DNA of 32,000 nucleotides from Patescibacteria group bacterium (GTDB lineage Bacteria; Patescibacteriota; Patescibacteriia; UBA2591; UBA6264): NCBI GenBank assembly GCA_028713575.1, contig JAQTOB010000004.1, positions 1 to 32,000 of the forward strand, read 5' to 3'. Shown piece by piece: positions 23,956 to 32,000 of this stretch (position 1 is its first letter; each line of letters starts with the position of its first letter). The notes under the pieces were generated by a model. It saw only the letters and a program-made list of their open reading frames with translations, ran no database searches and was not told where the DNA came from. The position numbers and the translations under genes were made by a program.

Positions 23956-23976
23956 AAAAGTATTATTATTGGTTTT

Positions 23977-26900
23977 ATGTCTTTGTTTTCAAAATTTAAT
24001 TTTAAAAATTTTTTGATTGTTACGGGGTCTTTTTTTCTGCTGTTTATCCTTATTTTAACCGGCATTTTTTTATTTAACCGAAAAATGAATATTCAGGCGG
24101 CGGAAACACACAAGCTCCGCGGTTGGGGTTGGTCGGAAAACGTCGGTTGGATTTCTATGAATTGTTTTAATGATTTTGATAATGATGGCGTTTTTGAAAA
24201 TTGTTGTCCCGGCGGTACAGAATGTACTAGTGAAAATACCCCTTATACCCAATGTTGCCCTTATGATTTGAGCGCTGATTATGGGGTCAATTATGATACG
24301 ATTTCAAAGGAATTAAGCGGTTATGCTTGGGCGGAAAATATCGGTTGGATTTGTTTTGGCAAAACCTGCGATGGCGCGACGCCTGACGGCAATAACGCTT
24401 GGGCCTGCGTCGGCAACGGGTCTTGTCTCAATGGTGTTTGTTCCTGTGTCGGCGACCAAGGGGAAGATTTTCTGGATACCGACAAGGCGTGTACCGAATC
24501 CAATCATTTAAAAGCTCACTGGAAAATGAATGATATAGTTAATGGGAAAATTATTGACGAGACTACGGTTAATGGAGGAACCTTAATGCCCGCGGTTGCT
24601 CCGCCCGCTTTAACCAAAGGAAAGTTTGAAAATGCTTTGAAATTTGATGGGATAGAGGATTATGTTGAAATGGCGGACAGTCCCAATCTCAGTATGACCG
24701 GCAATTTAACCATTGAGGCATGGGTAAAAAGAAATGAAGTCGGCGGAGAACAAACTATTGTTGCTAAATGGGATGAATCTCAAAACAAAAAAAGCTATCG
24801 GCTTTGGTTTAGCAGTGACAACCGATTAAATTTTACTGTTTCTAATAATACTAATCTCGCCACGGCGCAGCAAAAAAACGGCATTTGCGTGGGCAGTAAT
24901 AGAAAGCAGTGTTATAACGGTCTGGAAACAAATGAACAAAGTTGTTCTTTTCATGCTGATTGTCCAATTGGTTATTATTGTCACGAAAAACTTTGCGACA
25001 ATGATAGCAATTGTGACCAGGATTTACACGAAATCTGCCAGAACGCGCCCATTACTGACATTAAAAAATGGCATCATGTCGTGGGCAAGTATGTGGCTGA
25101 TATTCCCGGCACTGATGTTGATGAAAAAGCCCTGTTGCTTTTTATTGATGGTTCGCCGGCTTTCGTTAACATTACTGGAACTATTCCCAATGCTTTAATT
25201 GATGACAGCCAGAATTTTTATATTGGCGCAAAAAAGGGAACCACTGTCATGAATACTTATTTTAAGGGCAATATTGACAATGTGTCTGTTTGGTCTTGTC
25301 AAAATTTGGGCAAAATTTTGGGTCGCCACAAAAAAGAGATTTGGAATGACGCCAAAATGGAAGTGGACGGTTGGGCAAAAATAGTTTCTTTGAATGACGG
25401 CGGGTGGTTAAAATTACAAGGACTTACTCGCGATAGCCGAGTTTGGGGCAGTTATTTAAACAATTATAATACTTTTTACACTTTTAGCGGTTATATGGCT
25501 AATCGTTATGTTAAAGAACCTACAAATAGCTCCGGTTTAATGGCTTATTGGAAAATGAATGAACCATTTTGGAATGATAGCATTAATGAGGTGATTGATT
25601 CTTCAATTAATAATAATCATGGCACCGCAAAAAATGGGGCCAAAATTATCAATAACGGCGCTTTACATAATGCCGGAGATTTTGACGGCGAAAATGATTG
25701 TTTGTTGATACCGGATTCTCCCACTTTGGACATTGCCAATAGCATCACTTTAAGCATCTGGATTTTAAATGAAGGCCCGGGAAGCGGAAATGAAAGTTCG
25801 TCAAAGGGAATGATTATATCTAAAAATTATGCCGGCAATAATGGCGTTTATAATTTGCATTTAAATTACTATACCTCCGGCAATAAAATAGAATTTGAAG
25901 TCTATGATTTAAACGATACCCGGCATTATTTGGAATCAACCACGGTGGTTGAGGATAAAAAATGGTATCACGTTGTCGCTATCTACGATTATGGTTCGGG
26001 CAAAGCGAAAATTTATATTAATGGAGAAAAAGAAGAAAACGAAGGGACATGGGGCGGTTATAACTTAAAAACAACATCATTAGCCACCAGTATCGGCTGT
26101 TCAACTTCCGCGGACAACACTCCTTTAAAGATGTTTTTTAGCGGTTTGATTGACGATGTGATGATTTATAATAGAGTATTGAGCGAAACCGAAATTAAAG
26201 CGATTTATAATTCATCTATTCCTTTTTGTGCCGGCTGGGAAGACCACGAACATGAATATAGCGGTCCGCCCGCGCCTTTGGATTTTGATAATTTAAGCCT
26301 GGACAATACTTTGCTTTGTGGGCAAATGTCATTGCAATGGGAGTCCTCTGATTGGGCGGAAAGCTATACTTATGAGCGTTGCGACAATGTTTCAGAGACA
26401 GAATGTGCCAGTTGTTCTTATGTGGAAAAGAGCGTTTTGGACGATTCTTGCGAATTAACGGGTTGTTATTTGGTTGATAATGATTTAATTCCAAACACTG
26501 GTTATTGTTACAAGGTTCAGGCACACAATGAAACCGGTTCTACTTATAACTCCGAGGGGCCGGTTTGGAAAAGCACTTTGTTTTGCGCCCCGACTTTTGG
26601 TGTGATTGACAATTCGGTTTGCGGACAACTTTCTCTTCAATGGGAATCAATTGAAGAGGCCGACGGCAATAATATTTATCGTTCTTTAACAAACAATGGT
26701 TGTTATGATGTTTACAGCCCCACTTGCGAATTAATTGGTCACGTGGCAGAGGGTATGAATTATTATGTTAATAACGATGAGCTTAAAGATTTAATCGCTC
26801 ATTGGAAAATGAATGAATCGTCTTGGAGTGGCGCGACTGATGAAGTCAATGATTCTTCTGGTAATGGAAATCACGGGGTTGCCAGCACCGGAACCACGAC

Positions 26901-27699
26901 TACTGGCAATGGAAAATTTGATTATGCCGGCGTTTTTGACGGCAACGATTATTTAACTATCGGACACCATGAACAATTTGATTTGGGCGAAGATGATAAA
27001 ATGACTATTGAAGCTTGGGTTTATTTAAATGCCGCGCCGACTAATTATCAGATGATTTTAAGCAAGGGCTATAATCCGGGCTATGAATTTAGAATCAATA
27101 CTGGTCGTTATGCGCAATTTTTAAATGTGGCAACCGGCTATAGTTCTTATGTTCTTACTTCCACTAATGCTTTGTCTTTAAATGAATGGTATCATTTGGC
27201 CGTGACTAAAAGTAATATGACTGGTGAAACAAAAATTTATATCAATGGCGTTTTGGATAAAACCGGATTTTTAGATACTTTTGATTATAGTAATGAAAAT
27301 GAAATAAGAATCGGCCGTGATGCTGATGACGGATGCGCCAACGGCAATGCCTATTTTAAGGGTTATTTGGACAATTTGGCCGTTTATAACGCGATTAAAG
27401 ACGAAGAACAAATGAGAATTGATTACGAAGCAGGCAATTGCGGTGCTGATAATTGCCGAATAAGTGAAGTTTGCAATCTTTGTCATGTTCAGGGCGTTGA
27501 CGACGGAATTTGCGGCAGAATATCAAGCGATGCCAGTGTTTGTTGTTGTTCCTTTACTGATTCGCGCATTGTTCCTTTTGTTGATTATCACTATGTTTTT
27601 ACTGTCACCAGCGGACAAGGCGAATCAACACCCGGTCCGGAACCGCCCTTAACCAGTCAAACGATTTGTTTTCCGCCAACAGAAGAAGAAGAAAATTAA
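23977..27699 (+). CDS. Giant membrane-anchored/secreted protein with three LamG (concanavalin-A-like lectin) domains, FN3-like domains and N-terminal GWxWSENxGWI motifs
   Basis: LamG_3-type starts at L(K/M/I)A(H/Y)WKMN(D/E): 24508, 25537, 26791. Each continues ...FDG..DY(V/L)...(L/M)TIEAWV... and ends DN(V/L).V(W/Y). ATG 23977 (MSLFSKFNF..., TM helix) is preferred to the tracked TTG 23914. Confidence 0.85.
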   Translation: MSLFSKFNFKNFLIVTGSFFLLFILILTGIFLFNRKMNIQAAETHKLRGWGWSENVGWISMNCFNDFDNDGVFENCCPGGTECTSENTPYTQCCPYDLSADYGVNYDTISKELSGYAWAENIGWICFGKTCDGATPDGNNAWACVGNGSCLNGVCSCVGDQGEDFLDTDKACTESNHLKAHWKMNDIVNGKIIDETTVNGGTLMPAVAPPALTKGKFENALKFDGIEDYVEMADSPNLSMTGNLTIEAWVKRNEVGGEQTIVAKWDESQNKKSYRLWFSSDNRLNFTVSNNTNLATAQQKNGICVGSNRKQCYNGLETNEQSCSFHADCPIGYYCHEKLCDNDSNCDQDLHEICQNAPITDIKKWHHVVGKYVADIPGTDVDEKALLLFIDGSPAFVNITGTIPNALIDDSQNFYIGAKKGTTVMNTYFKGNIDNVSVWSCQNLGKILGRHKKEIWNDAKMEVDGWAKIVSLNDGGWLKLQGLTRDSRVWGSYLNNYNTFYTFSGYMANRYVKEPTNSSGLMAYWKMNEPFWNDSINEVIDSSINNNHGTAKNGAKIINNGALHNAGDFDGENDCLLIPDSPTLDIANSITLSIWILNEGPGSGNESSSKGMIISKNYAGNNGVYNLHLNYYTSGNKIEFEVYDLNDTRHYLESTTVVEDKKWYHVVAIYDYGSGKAKIYINGEKEENEGTWGGYNLKTTSLATSIGCSTSADNTPLKMFFSGLIDDVMIYNRVLSETEIKAIYNSSIPFCAGWEDHEHEYSGPPAPLDFDNLSLDNTLLCGQMSLQWESSDWAESYTYERCDNVSETECASCSYVEKSVLDDSCELTGCYLVDNDLIPNTGYCYKVQAHNETGSTYNSEGPVWKSTLFCAPTFGVIDNSVCGQLSLQWESIEEADGNNIYRSLTNNGCYDVYSPTCELIGHVAEGMNYYVNNDELKDLIAHWKMNESSWSGATDEVNDSSGNGNHGVASTGTTTTGNGKFDYAGVFDGNDYLTIGHHEQFDLGEDDKMTIEAWVYLNAAPTNYQMILSKGYNPGYEFRINTGRYAQFLNVATGYSSYVLTSTNALSLNEWYHLAVTKSNMTGETKIYINGVLDKTGFLDTFDYSNENEIRIGRDADDGCANGNAYFKGYLDNLAVYNAIKDEEQMRIDYEAGNCGADNCRISEVCNLCHVQGVDDGICGRISSDASVCCCSFTDSRIVPFVDYHYVFTVTSGQGESTPGPEPPLTSQTICFPPTEEEEN

Positions 27700-27928
27700 T
27701 AGAAAAATAAAGGAATTGATGATGCTCCTGATGAGGTGGTTCCGATGACACTTAAAGATACTTAGGAGGATACTTGGGAGCAAGGCTCCGAAGTAAGTCT
27801 CATAAGTACGGAAAAAACAAGACCGGAGATAGAAGTCACACGCAATAGCCATGGATTAAATGGATTAAAAAAGTTTTATAAAGGGTTCTATATTCTATAT
27901 TATATTATATTTTTCATTTTTCAGATTT

Positions 27929-27960
27929 TCTTTTTGGCAGGTGCTCACCTGCCAAAAAGA
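27929..27960. repeat. Left flanking hairpin of the Y1-transposase gene
   Basis: TCTTTTTGGCAGG-TGCTCA-CCTGCCAAAAAGA, with core TTGGCAGG/CCTGCCAA. Confidence 0.8.
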
Positions 27961-27962
27961 AA

Positions 27963-28661
27963 ATGACCTGCCAAAAAAGACCAAACCCGCCAAAAACCAA
28001 AATGTCTCTTAAAAATTCACTTAAAATTTACATTAAAGATGGAATCTATCACATCTATAACCGGGGCATAGAAAAAAGAAACATCTTTTTAGATGAACAG
28101 GATTATAAAGTATTTTTATATTATTTGAAAAGTTATTTAACACCAGTTGGTCAACAAGAAAAACCGCCCTATGGTATTGATAGAAATGTTTTAGATTTCA
28201 CCCTTTATAAACAAATCCGGCTTTTTTGTTTTTGTTTAATGCCAAATCATTTTCATTTAATGATTCAGCAATTAACTGAAAGGGCGATTATAGAATTTAT
28301 GAAGCGTTTAACTAACGCCTATGTAAGATATTTTAATGAAAAGTATGATCGCAAAAGTATAGGTCCGCTTTTCCAGGGCAAATATAAAGCTGTGTTAATA
28401 AAAAAAGAACAACAATTCTTATATTTGCCGTATTATATCCATTTTCACAATCCGGAAGGATTATATAGAAACAAGAGAGATGCTGAGTTAATCAAAAAAA
28501 TACAAAATTATCCTTGGTCAAGTTATGCCGATTATTTAGGTAAACGTGACACCAAATGGATTTATAAAAAAGGAATAATGGAGCAATTTATGGAAACAGA
28601 AGAAATAAAGCCGGAGACGGAAACTACGCGCAAAATTTTAGGTTCAACGGTTATAGATTAA
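27963..28661 (+). CDS. IS200-like / REP-associated (RAYT-type) HUH-Y1 transposase
   Basis: GIYHIYNRGIEKRNIF, HUH motif MPNHFHLMIQ, catalytic-Tyr region GPLFQGKYKAVLI, YIHFHNP. An alternative start is ATG 28002 (MSLKNSL). Confidence 0.8.
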   Translation: MTCQKRPNPPKTKMSLKNSLKIYIKDGIYHIYNRGIEKRNIFLDEQDYKVFLYYLKSYLTPVGQQEKPPYGIDRNVLDFTLYKQIRLFCFCLMPNHFHLMIQQLTERAIIEFMKRLTNAYVRYFNEKYDRKSIGPLFQGKYKAVLIKKEQQFLYLPYYIHFHNPEGLYRNKRDAELIKKIQNYPWSSYADYLGKRDTKWIYKKGIMEQFMETEEIKPETETTRKILGSTVID

Positions 28662-28674
28662 AGGGAATGTGTAT

Positions 28675-28696
28675 TTGGAAGGTGAGCACCTTCCAA
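28675..28696. repeat. Right flanking hairpin of the Y1-transposase gene, inverted copy of the left one
   Basis: TTGGAAGG-TGAGCA-CCTTCCAA. The loop is the reverse complement of the left loop, and the stem differs by one compensated base pair. Confidence 0.8.
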
Positions 28697-28727
28697 GAAA
28701 TATCTTCCAAGAAATAAGAAATAATTT

Positions 28728-30764
28728 ATGGGTCAACAAGAGGCAAAACAAAGAATTGAAAAATTAAAAACGGAACTGAATCATCACCGTTATTTTTATC
28801 ATGTTTTAGATAAACAGGAAATTTCTGACGCGGCCTGGGATTCTTTAAAACACGAATTAGCCAGTTTAGAAGAGCAATACCCGGAATTTATCACTTCTGA
28901 TTCTCCCACGCAAAGAGTCGGTGGCGAGCCCTTAGAAAAGTTCGTTAAAATTAAACACCCCGAACCCATGTTGTCTATTGAAGATGTTTTTAATTTTAAG
29001 GAATTGCAAGAATGGGAAGATTATATGAAAGATTATCTTTTAAAAGAAATGGGGGTTTTCCCAAAATTCACTTATTTTTGCGAACGAAAAATTGACGGCG
29101 TGGACATTGTTTTAATTTATAAAAAAGGAGTTTTATTTAACGCCGCCACGCGAGGTAATGGCTTAATTGGCGAAGATGTCACTCAAAACATTAAAACAAT
29201 AGAAGCTATTCCTTTGCGTTTAGAAAAAGAAATTGATTTGGTGGTCAGAGGAGAAATTTTTTTACAAAAAAAAGATTTTCAGAAACTTAATCGTGAACGA
29301 GAAAAAAGAGGCCTACCGACCTATGCCAATCCTCGTAATATTGCCGCTGGTTCAATTCGTCAATTAGACCCAAAAATCACGGCTCAACGTTTTCTTGATT
29401 GCTATATTTTTGAAATTATCACGGATTTGGGACAGAAAACCCATCAGCAAGTTCATGAAATTTTAAAACAACTGGGCTTTAAGACAGATTCTCAAACTAA
29501 ACTTTGTTTTGATTTAAAACAAGTCCAGAAATATTATTTATTTTTAAATCAGAAACGGCTAGAAAATTCTTTTGATTATGACGGCATGGTGGTAATGTTA
29601 AATGATATTGTTTTACAAAAAAAATTGTCTTTTATTGGCAAATCGCCGCGTTGGATGCGCGCTTATAAATTTCCTGGAGAACAGACAACAACGATTATAG
29701 AAGATATTTTTATTCAGGTTGGCCGAACTGGCGTTTTGACCCCGGTGGCAAAATTAAAGCCGGTTTCATTGATGGGAACTACGGTTTCTCGCGCTACTTT
29801 ACATAATCAGGACGAGATAGAGCGATTGGACGCGCGTCTTGGTGACAGCGTAATTATTGAGAAGGCCGGCGATATTATTCCGGCTGTGGTTAAAGTTTTG
29901 AAAAATTTAAGAACCGGGAAAGAAAAAAAATTTCAGATGCCGACAAAATGTCCGATTTGCAACGGCCCGATAAGAAAAAAAGAAGGCGAAGTCGCTTATT
30001 ATTGTCAGAATAAAAATTGTTTTGCCAGCCAGCAAAGAAAAATTAGTTATTTTGTTTCTAAAAGATGTTTTGACATTGAAGGTTTGGGCCCAAAAATTAT
30101 AGGCAAACTTTTAGAAGCGGGATTAATATCAGATGCAGCCGATTTGTTTAAATTGCAAAAAGGAGATATTATTTTATTAGAAAGTCCGTCTGATATCAAA
30201 CCGAAAGTTTTAGTGCGGGGGTTCGCGGAAAAATCGGCGGATAATTTAATCAAGGCCATTGATAAAAGTAAAGAGATAGAATTGTCGCGCTTTATTCAGG
30301 CCCTGGGTATTCGTCACATTGGCGAACAAATGGCTAATGATTTGGCCGAGTATTTTAAAAGTTTTGAAAAATTTTCTCAAACCAAAAAAGAAGAATTGCT
30401 GACCTTATCGGATATTGGTCCGATTGCCAGTCAAAGCATTGTTATGTGGCTTAAAAACAAAGAAAATCAAAAATTTTTGGGAAAATTAAAAAAATATGGC
30501 GTGATTATAAAGAATCATTATTTATTAAAAGCAAAACAAATTTTAAAAGGAAAATCTTTTGTTTTAACCGGCGTTTTAACATCAATGTCGCGGGAAAAAG
30601 CCAAAGAAAAAATTCAAAGTCTTGGCGGCAGGGTTTTAAACGCGGTCAGCACAAAAACCGATTTTCTTGTTAGTGGAAAAAATCCTGGAAGTAAATATAA
30701 TACAGCGAAGAGCCTAAGAATTAACATAATCAACGAGCAGGAATTTTTAAAGATGGTTAGATAG
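28728..30764 (+). CDS. ligA: NAD-dependent DNA ligase
   Basis: Adenylation site ERKIDGV, Cys4 zinc finger CPICNGP...YYCQNKNC, HhH region, C-terminal BRCT (GKSFVLTG...REKAKEKIQSLGGRV). 678 aa. Confidence 0.95.
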   Translation: MGQQEAKQRIEKLKTELNHHRYFYHVLDKQEISDAAWDSLKHELASLEEQYPEFITSDSPTQRVGGEPLEKFVKIKHPEPMLSIEDVFNFKELQEWEDYMKDYLLKEMGVFPKFTYFCERKIDGVDIVLIYKKGVLFNAATRGNGLIGEDVTQNIKTIEAIPLRLEKEIDLVVRGEIFLQKKDFQKLNREREKRGLPTYANPRNIAAGSIRQLDPKITAQRFLDCYIFEIITDLGQKTHQQVHEILKQLGFKTDSQTKLCFDLKQVQKYYLFLNQKRLENSFDYDGMVVMLNDIVLQKKLSFIGKSPRWMRAYKFPGEQTTTIIEDIFIQVGRTGVLTPVAKLKPVSLMGTTVSRATLHNQDEIERLDARLGDSVIIEKAGDIIPAVVKVLKNLRTGKEKKFQMPTKCPICNGPIRKKEGEVAYYCQNKNCFASQQRKISYFVSKRCFDIEGLGPKIIGKLLEAGLISDAADLFKLQKGDIILLESPSDIKPKVLVRGFAEKSADNLIKAIDKSKEIELSRFIQALGIRHIGEQMANDLAEYFKSFEKFSQTKKEELLTLSDIGPIASQSIVMWLKNKENQKFLGKLKKYGVIIKNHYLLKAKQILKGKSFVLTGVLTSMSREKAKEKIQSLGGRVLNAVSTKTDFLVSGKNPGSKYNTAKSLRINIINEQEFLKMVR

Positions 30765-30786
30765 CGACACTATTGCTACAAATTAA

Positions 30787-30942
30787 CATACTAATGCTAC
30801 GAATACGAGAGAAGATATTATTTATCCAAATTCGTCTTATAAATTAGTTGGCATATTTTTTAATGTTTATAGAAATATGAAATTTGCATTAATCCTCAGC
30901 ATTCGCATGCTGTTCGCATATAATTCGCATCGCTTTATATGA
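30787..30942 (+). pseudogene. Remnant of a GxxExxY-family gene (N-terminal fragment only, no start codon)
   Basis: The open frame HTNATNTREDIIYPNSSYKLVGIFFNVYRNMKFAL... resembles the N-terminus (..LSYKIIGAxFEVHxELG) of GxxExxY proteins and then degenerates. It is followed by three TTCGCAT repeats and its stop overlaps the gatC ATG. Confidence 0.35.
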
Positions 30943-31244
30943 TCTCAAAAGAAGAAGTCCAACATATCGCCAAATTAGTCCGCCTGCGTCTAAGTGAGGC
31001 GGAAATAAAAAAATACCAGAAGCAACTGGGGGAAATTTTAGATTATGTTAGCCAATTGAAAAAAATTTCCACAAAAAACATTATGCCCTTTTCTTTGTTT
31101 GGATTAAAAAACATTTTTCGTTTAGATAAACCAAAAGAAAAGAATCAAGAACAGACAAGAAAATTGGTCCAATCTGCGCCGGCGCAAAAAGAGGGGATGA
31201 TTAAAACAAAAGGAATTCTTAACATTAAAGCATTAAAGCATTAA
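30939..31244 (+). CDS. gatC: Asp/Glu-tRNA(Asn/Gln) amidotransferase subunit C
   Basis: ISKEEVQHIAKLVRLRLSEAEIKKYQKQLGEILDYVSQL. About 100 aa, upstream of gatA. Confidence 0.9.
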   Translation: MISKEEVQHIAKLVRLRLSEAEIKKYQKQLGEILDYVSQLKKISTKNIMPFSLFGLKNIFRLDKPKEKNQEQTRKLVQSAPAQKEGMIKTKGILNIKALKH

Positions 31245-31304
31245 AGTACACAATAAGTAATTGATTTTCCAGGCCCCGTTATTTTACATTACATTTTGAG
31301 GCTG

Positions 31305-31326
31305 CCGTCCTTTTTTGAAAGGACGG
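31305..31326 (+). other. GC-rich hairpin in the gatC-gatA spacer
   Basis: CCGTCCTTT-TTTG-AAAGGACGG. A possible outer pairing is CAGGCC (31270..31275) with GGCCTG (31347..31352). Confidence 0.4.
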
Positions 31327-31481
31327 GGTCCGGCCCATTTGTAGATGGCCTGCGGTTTGAGTTTTGTATTCTGAATTTTTTAATGGAGCAGGCATTTTGA
31401 CCATGAAAGAAAAAAAATAATTTTAGATTTAAAAAGTAAGAATATTTTTTATAAAAAGAATTTACAGCATTTACATTATTT

Positions 31482-32000
31482 ATGAATTTAAATCAATTAA
31501 CAATTTTATCGGTTCATCAGGGTTTAAAAAAGAAAGAATTTTCCAGTCAAGAATTGACTAAAGATTGCTTAACAAAAATAAAAAAAAGCAATAAAGAAAT
31601 TAATGCTTTTATTACTGTTTTAGAAAAACAAGCTTTAAAACAAGCCGAGGAAATTGATAAAAAAATTAAAATTCAAGGCGTGGATAATTTTTTAACTGGT
31701 ATTCCCCTGGGAATTAAAGACAATATTTTAATTCAAGATGTTGTTTGTACTGCTGGTTCAAAAATTTTAGAAAATTATCAGGCTATCTATGATGCCACGG
31801 TAATTAAAAAATTAAAAAAAGCTGGAGCGATTTTTTTAGGCAAAACCAATCTTGACGAATTCGCCATGGGTAGCTCTACTGAATCGTCTGCCTTTGGTCC
31901 GACCAAAAATCCTATTAATTTATCTTATATTCCCGGTGGTTCTTCTGGCGGTTCTGCCGCCGCAGTCGCGGCTAATATGTGTTTGGCTGCCCTTGGTTCT
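31482..32000 (+). CDS. gatA: Glu-tRNA(Gln) amidotransferase subunit A, 3' end outside the window
   Basis: Not in the ORF track because it runs off the window. ATG 31482 opens a frame of 173 codons to nt 32000: MNLNQLTILSVHQGLKKKEFSSQEL...GIPLGIKDNI...GKTNLDEFAMGSSTESSAFGPTKNP...GGSSGGSAAAVA (amidase signature). Confidence 0.9.
   Translation, partial: MNLNQLTILSVHQGLKKKEFSSQELTKDCLTKIKKSNKEINAFITVLEKQALKQAEEIDKKIKIQGVDNFLTGIPLGIKDNILIQDVVCTAGSKILENYQAIYDATVIKKLKKAGAIFLGKTNLDEFAMGSSTESSAFGPTKNPINLSYIPGGSSGGSAAAVAANMCLAALGS

Noticed and set aside
23914-23976. TTG at 23914 as the start of the LamG protein.
   Set aside because: The extension contains a TATAAT box with a properly spaced TTGTTA -35. 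The ATG at 23977 begins a typical signal-anchor sequence (MSLFSKFNFKNFLIVTGSFFLLFILIL).
22330-27699. A diversity-generating retroelement, given an RT next to a giant lectin-fold protein.
   Set aside because: RT motif 4 has QG and lacks the DGR-type (I/L)GxxxSQ signature. No template/variable repeat pair was found by eye between the RT flanks and the C-terminal regions of neighbouring genes. Only 8-9-nt coincidental matches were seen, such as GGCAATGCC and CCAACGGC at ~23630 and ~27335. A computational repeat search is still advisable.
1-32000. tRNA, rRNA, tmRNA or riboswitch genes.
   Set aside because: No cloverleaf-compatible sequence (no GGTTCGAATCC-type T-arm) and no recognisable rRNA segment was found by eye. 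This is a weak negative without tRNAscan or Infernal.

Overview
AT-rich bacterial window. Housekeeping genes (ligA, gatC, the 5' part of gatA) lie at the right end. The centre holds a glycan-synthesis and export cluster: GT4, an FkbM-type methyltransferase, GT8, GT2 and a Wzm/Wzt-like ABC-2 exporter. Two paralogous membrane-anchored cupredoxin-like genes bracket this cluster. Very large secreted or surface proteins sit at the left and right. Gene content, tiny intergenic spacers, near absence of Shine-Dalgarno sequences and the 'GWxWSENxGWI' and LamG giant proteins suggest a Patescibacteria/CPR-like small-genome organism. This is an inference and has not been verified. Most notable items: (1) A self-contained three-gene minus-strand cassette (19235..23568) with 47-53 nt gene overlaps. 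It encodes a stand-alone reverse transcriptase with a non-canonical IGDD active site, a 6-TM ABC-exporter homologue whose nucleotide-binding motifs are all degenerate, and a membrane-anchored two-HKD phospholipase-D-superfamily protein. A 345-bp non-coding region with a strong hairpin precedes it. I cannot assign this architecture to any named retron, Abi, DRT, DGR or group II system, so it is a candidate new RT-based system. (2) A 1747-aa cysteine-rich secreted protein with disintegrin-like modules and an AT-rich Hint domain that ends HN but is followed by Lys, which makes it bacterial-intein-like rather than a true intein. (3) A secreted repeat protein with a T9SS/FlgD-Ig-type C-terminal sorting domain. 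It is the only gene here with a perfect AGGAGG ribosome-binding site and sits between a terminator and a repeat mosaic. (4) A family of about 100-bp repeats carrying a GGGGTCTGACCCC palindrome, plus a CTACGAGG-CGAGA-CCTCGTAG hairpin family. These flank a polytopic membrane-protein gene and donate its stop codon. (5) An IS200/RAYT-like HUH-Y1 transposase gene flanked by inverted hairpins that show a compensatory base-pair change. No rRNA, tRNA or CRISPR array was recognised by eye.
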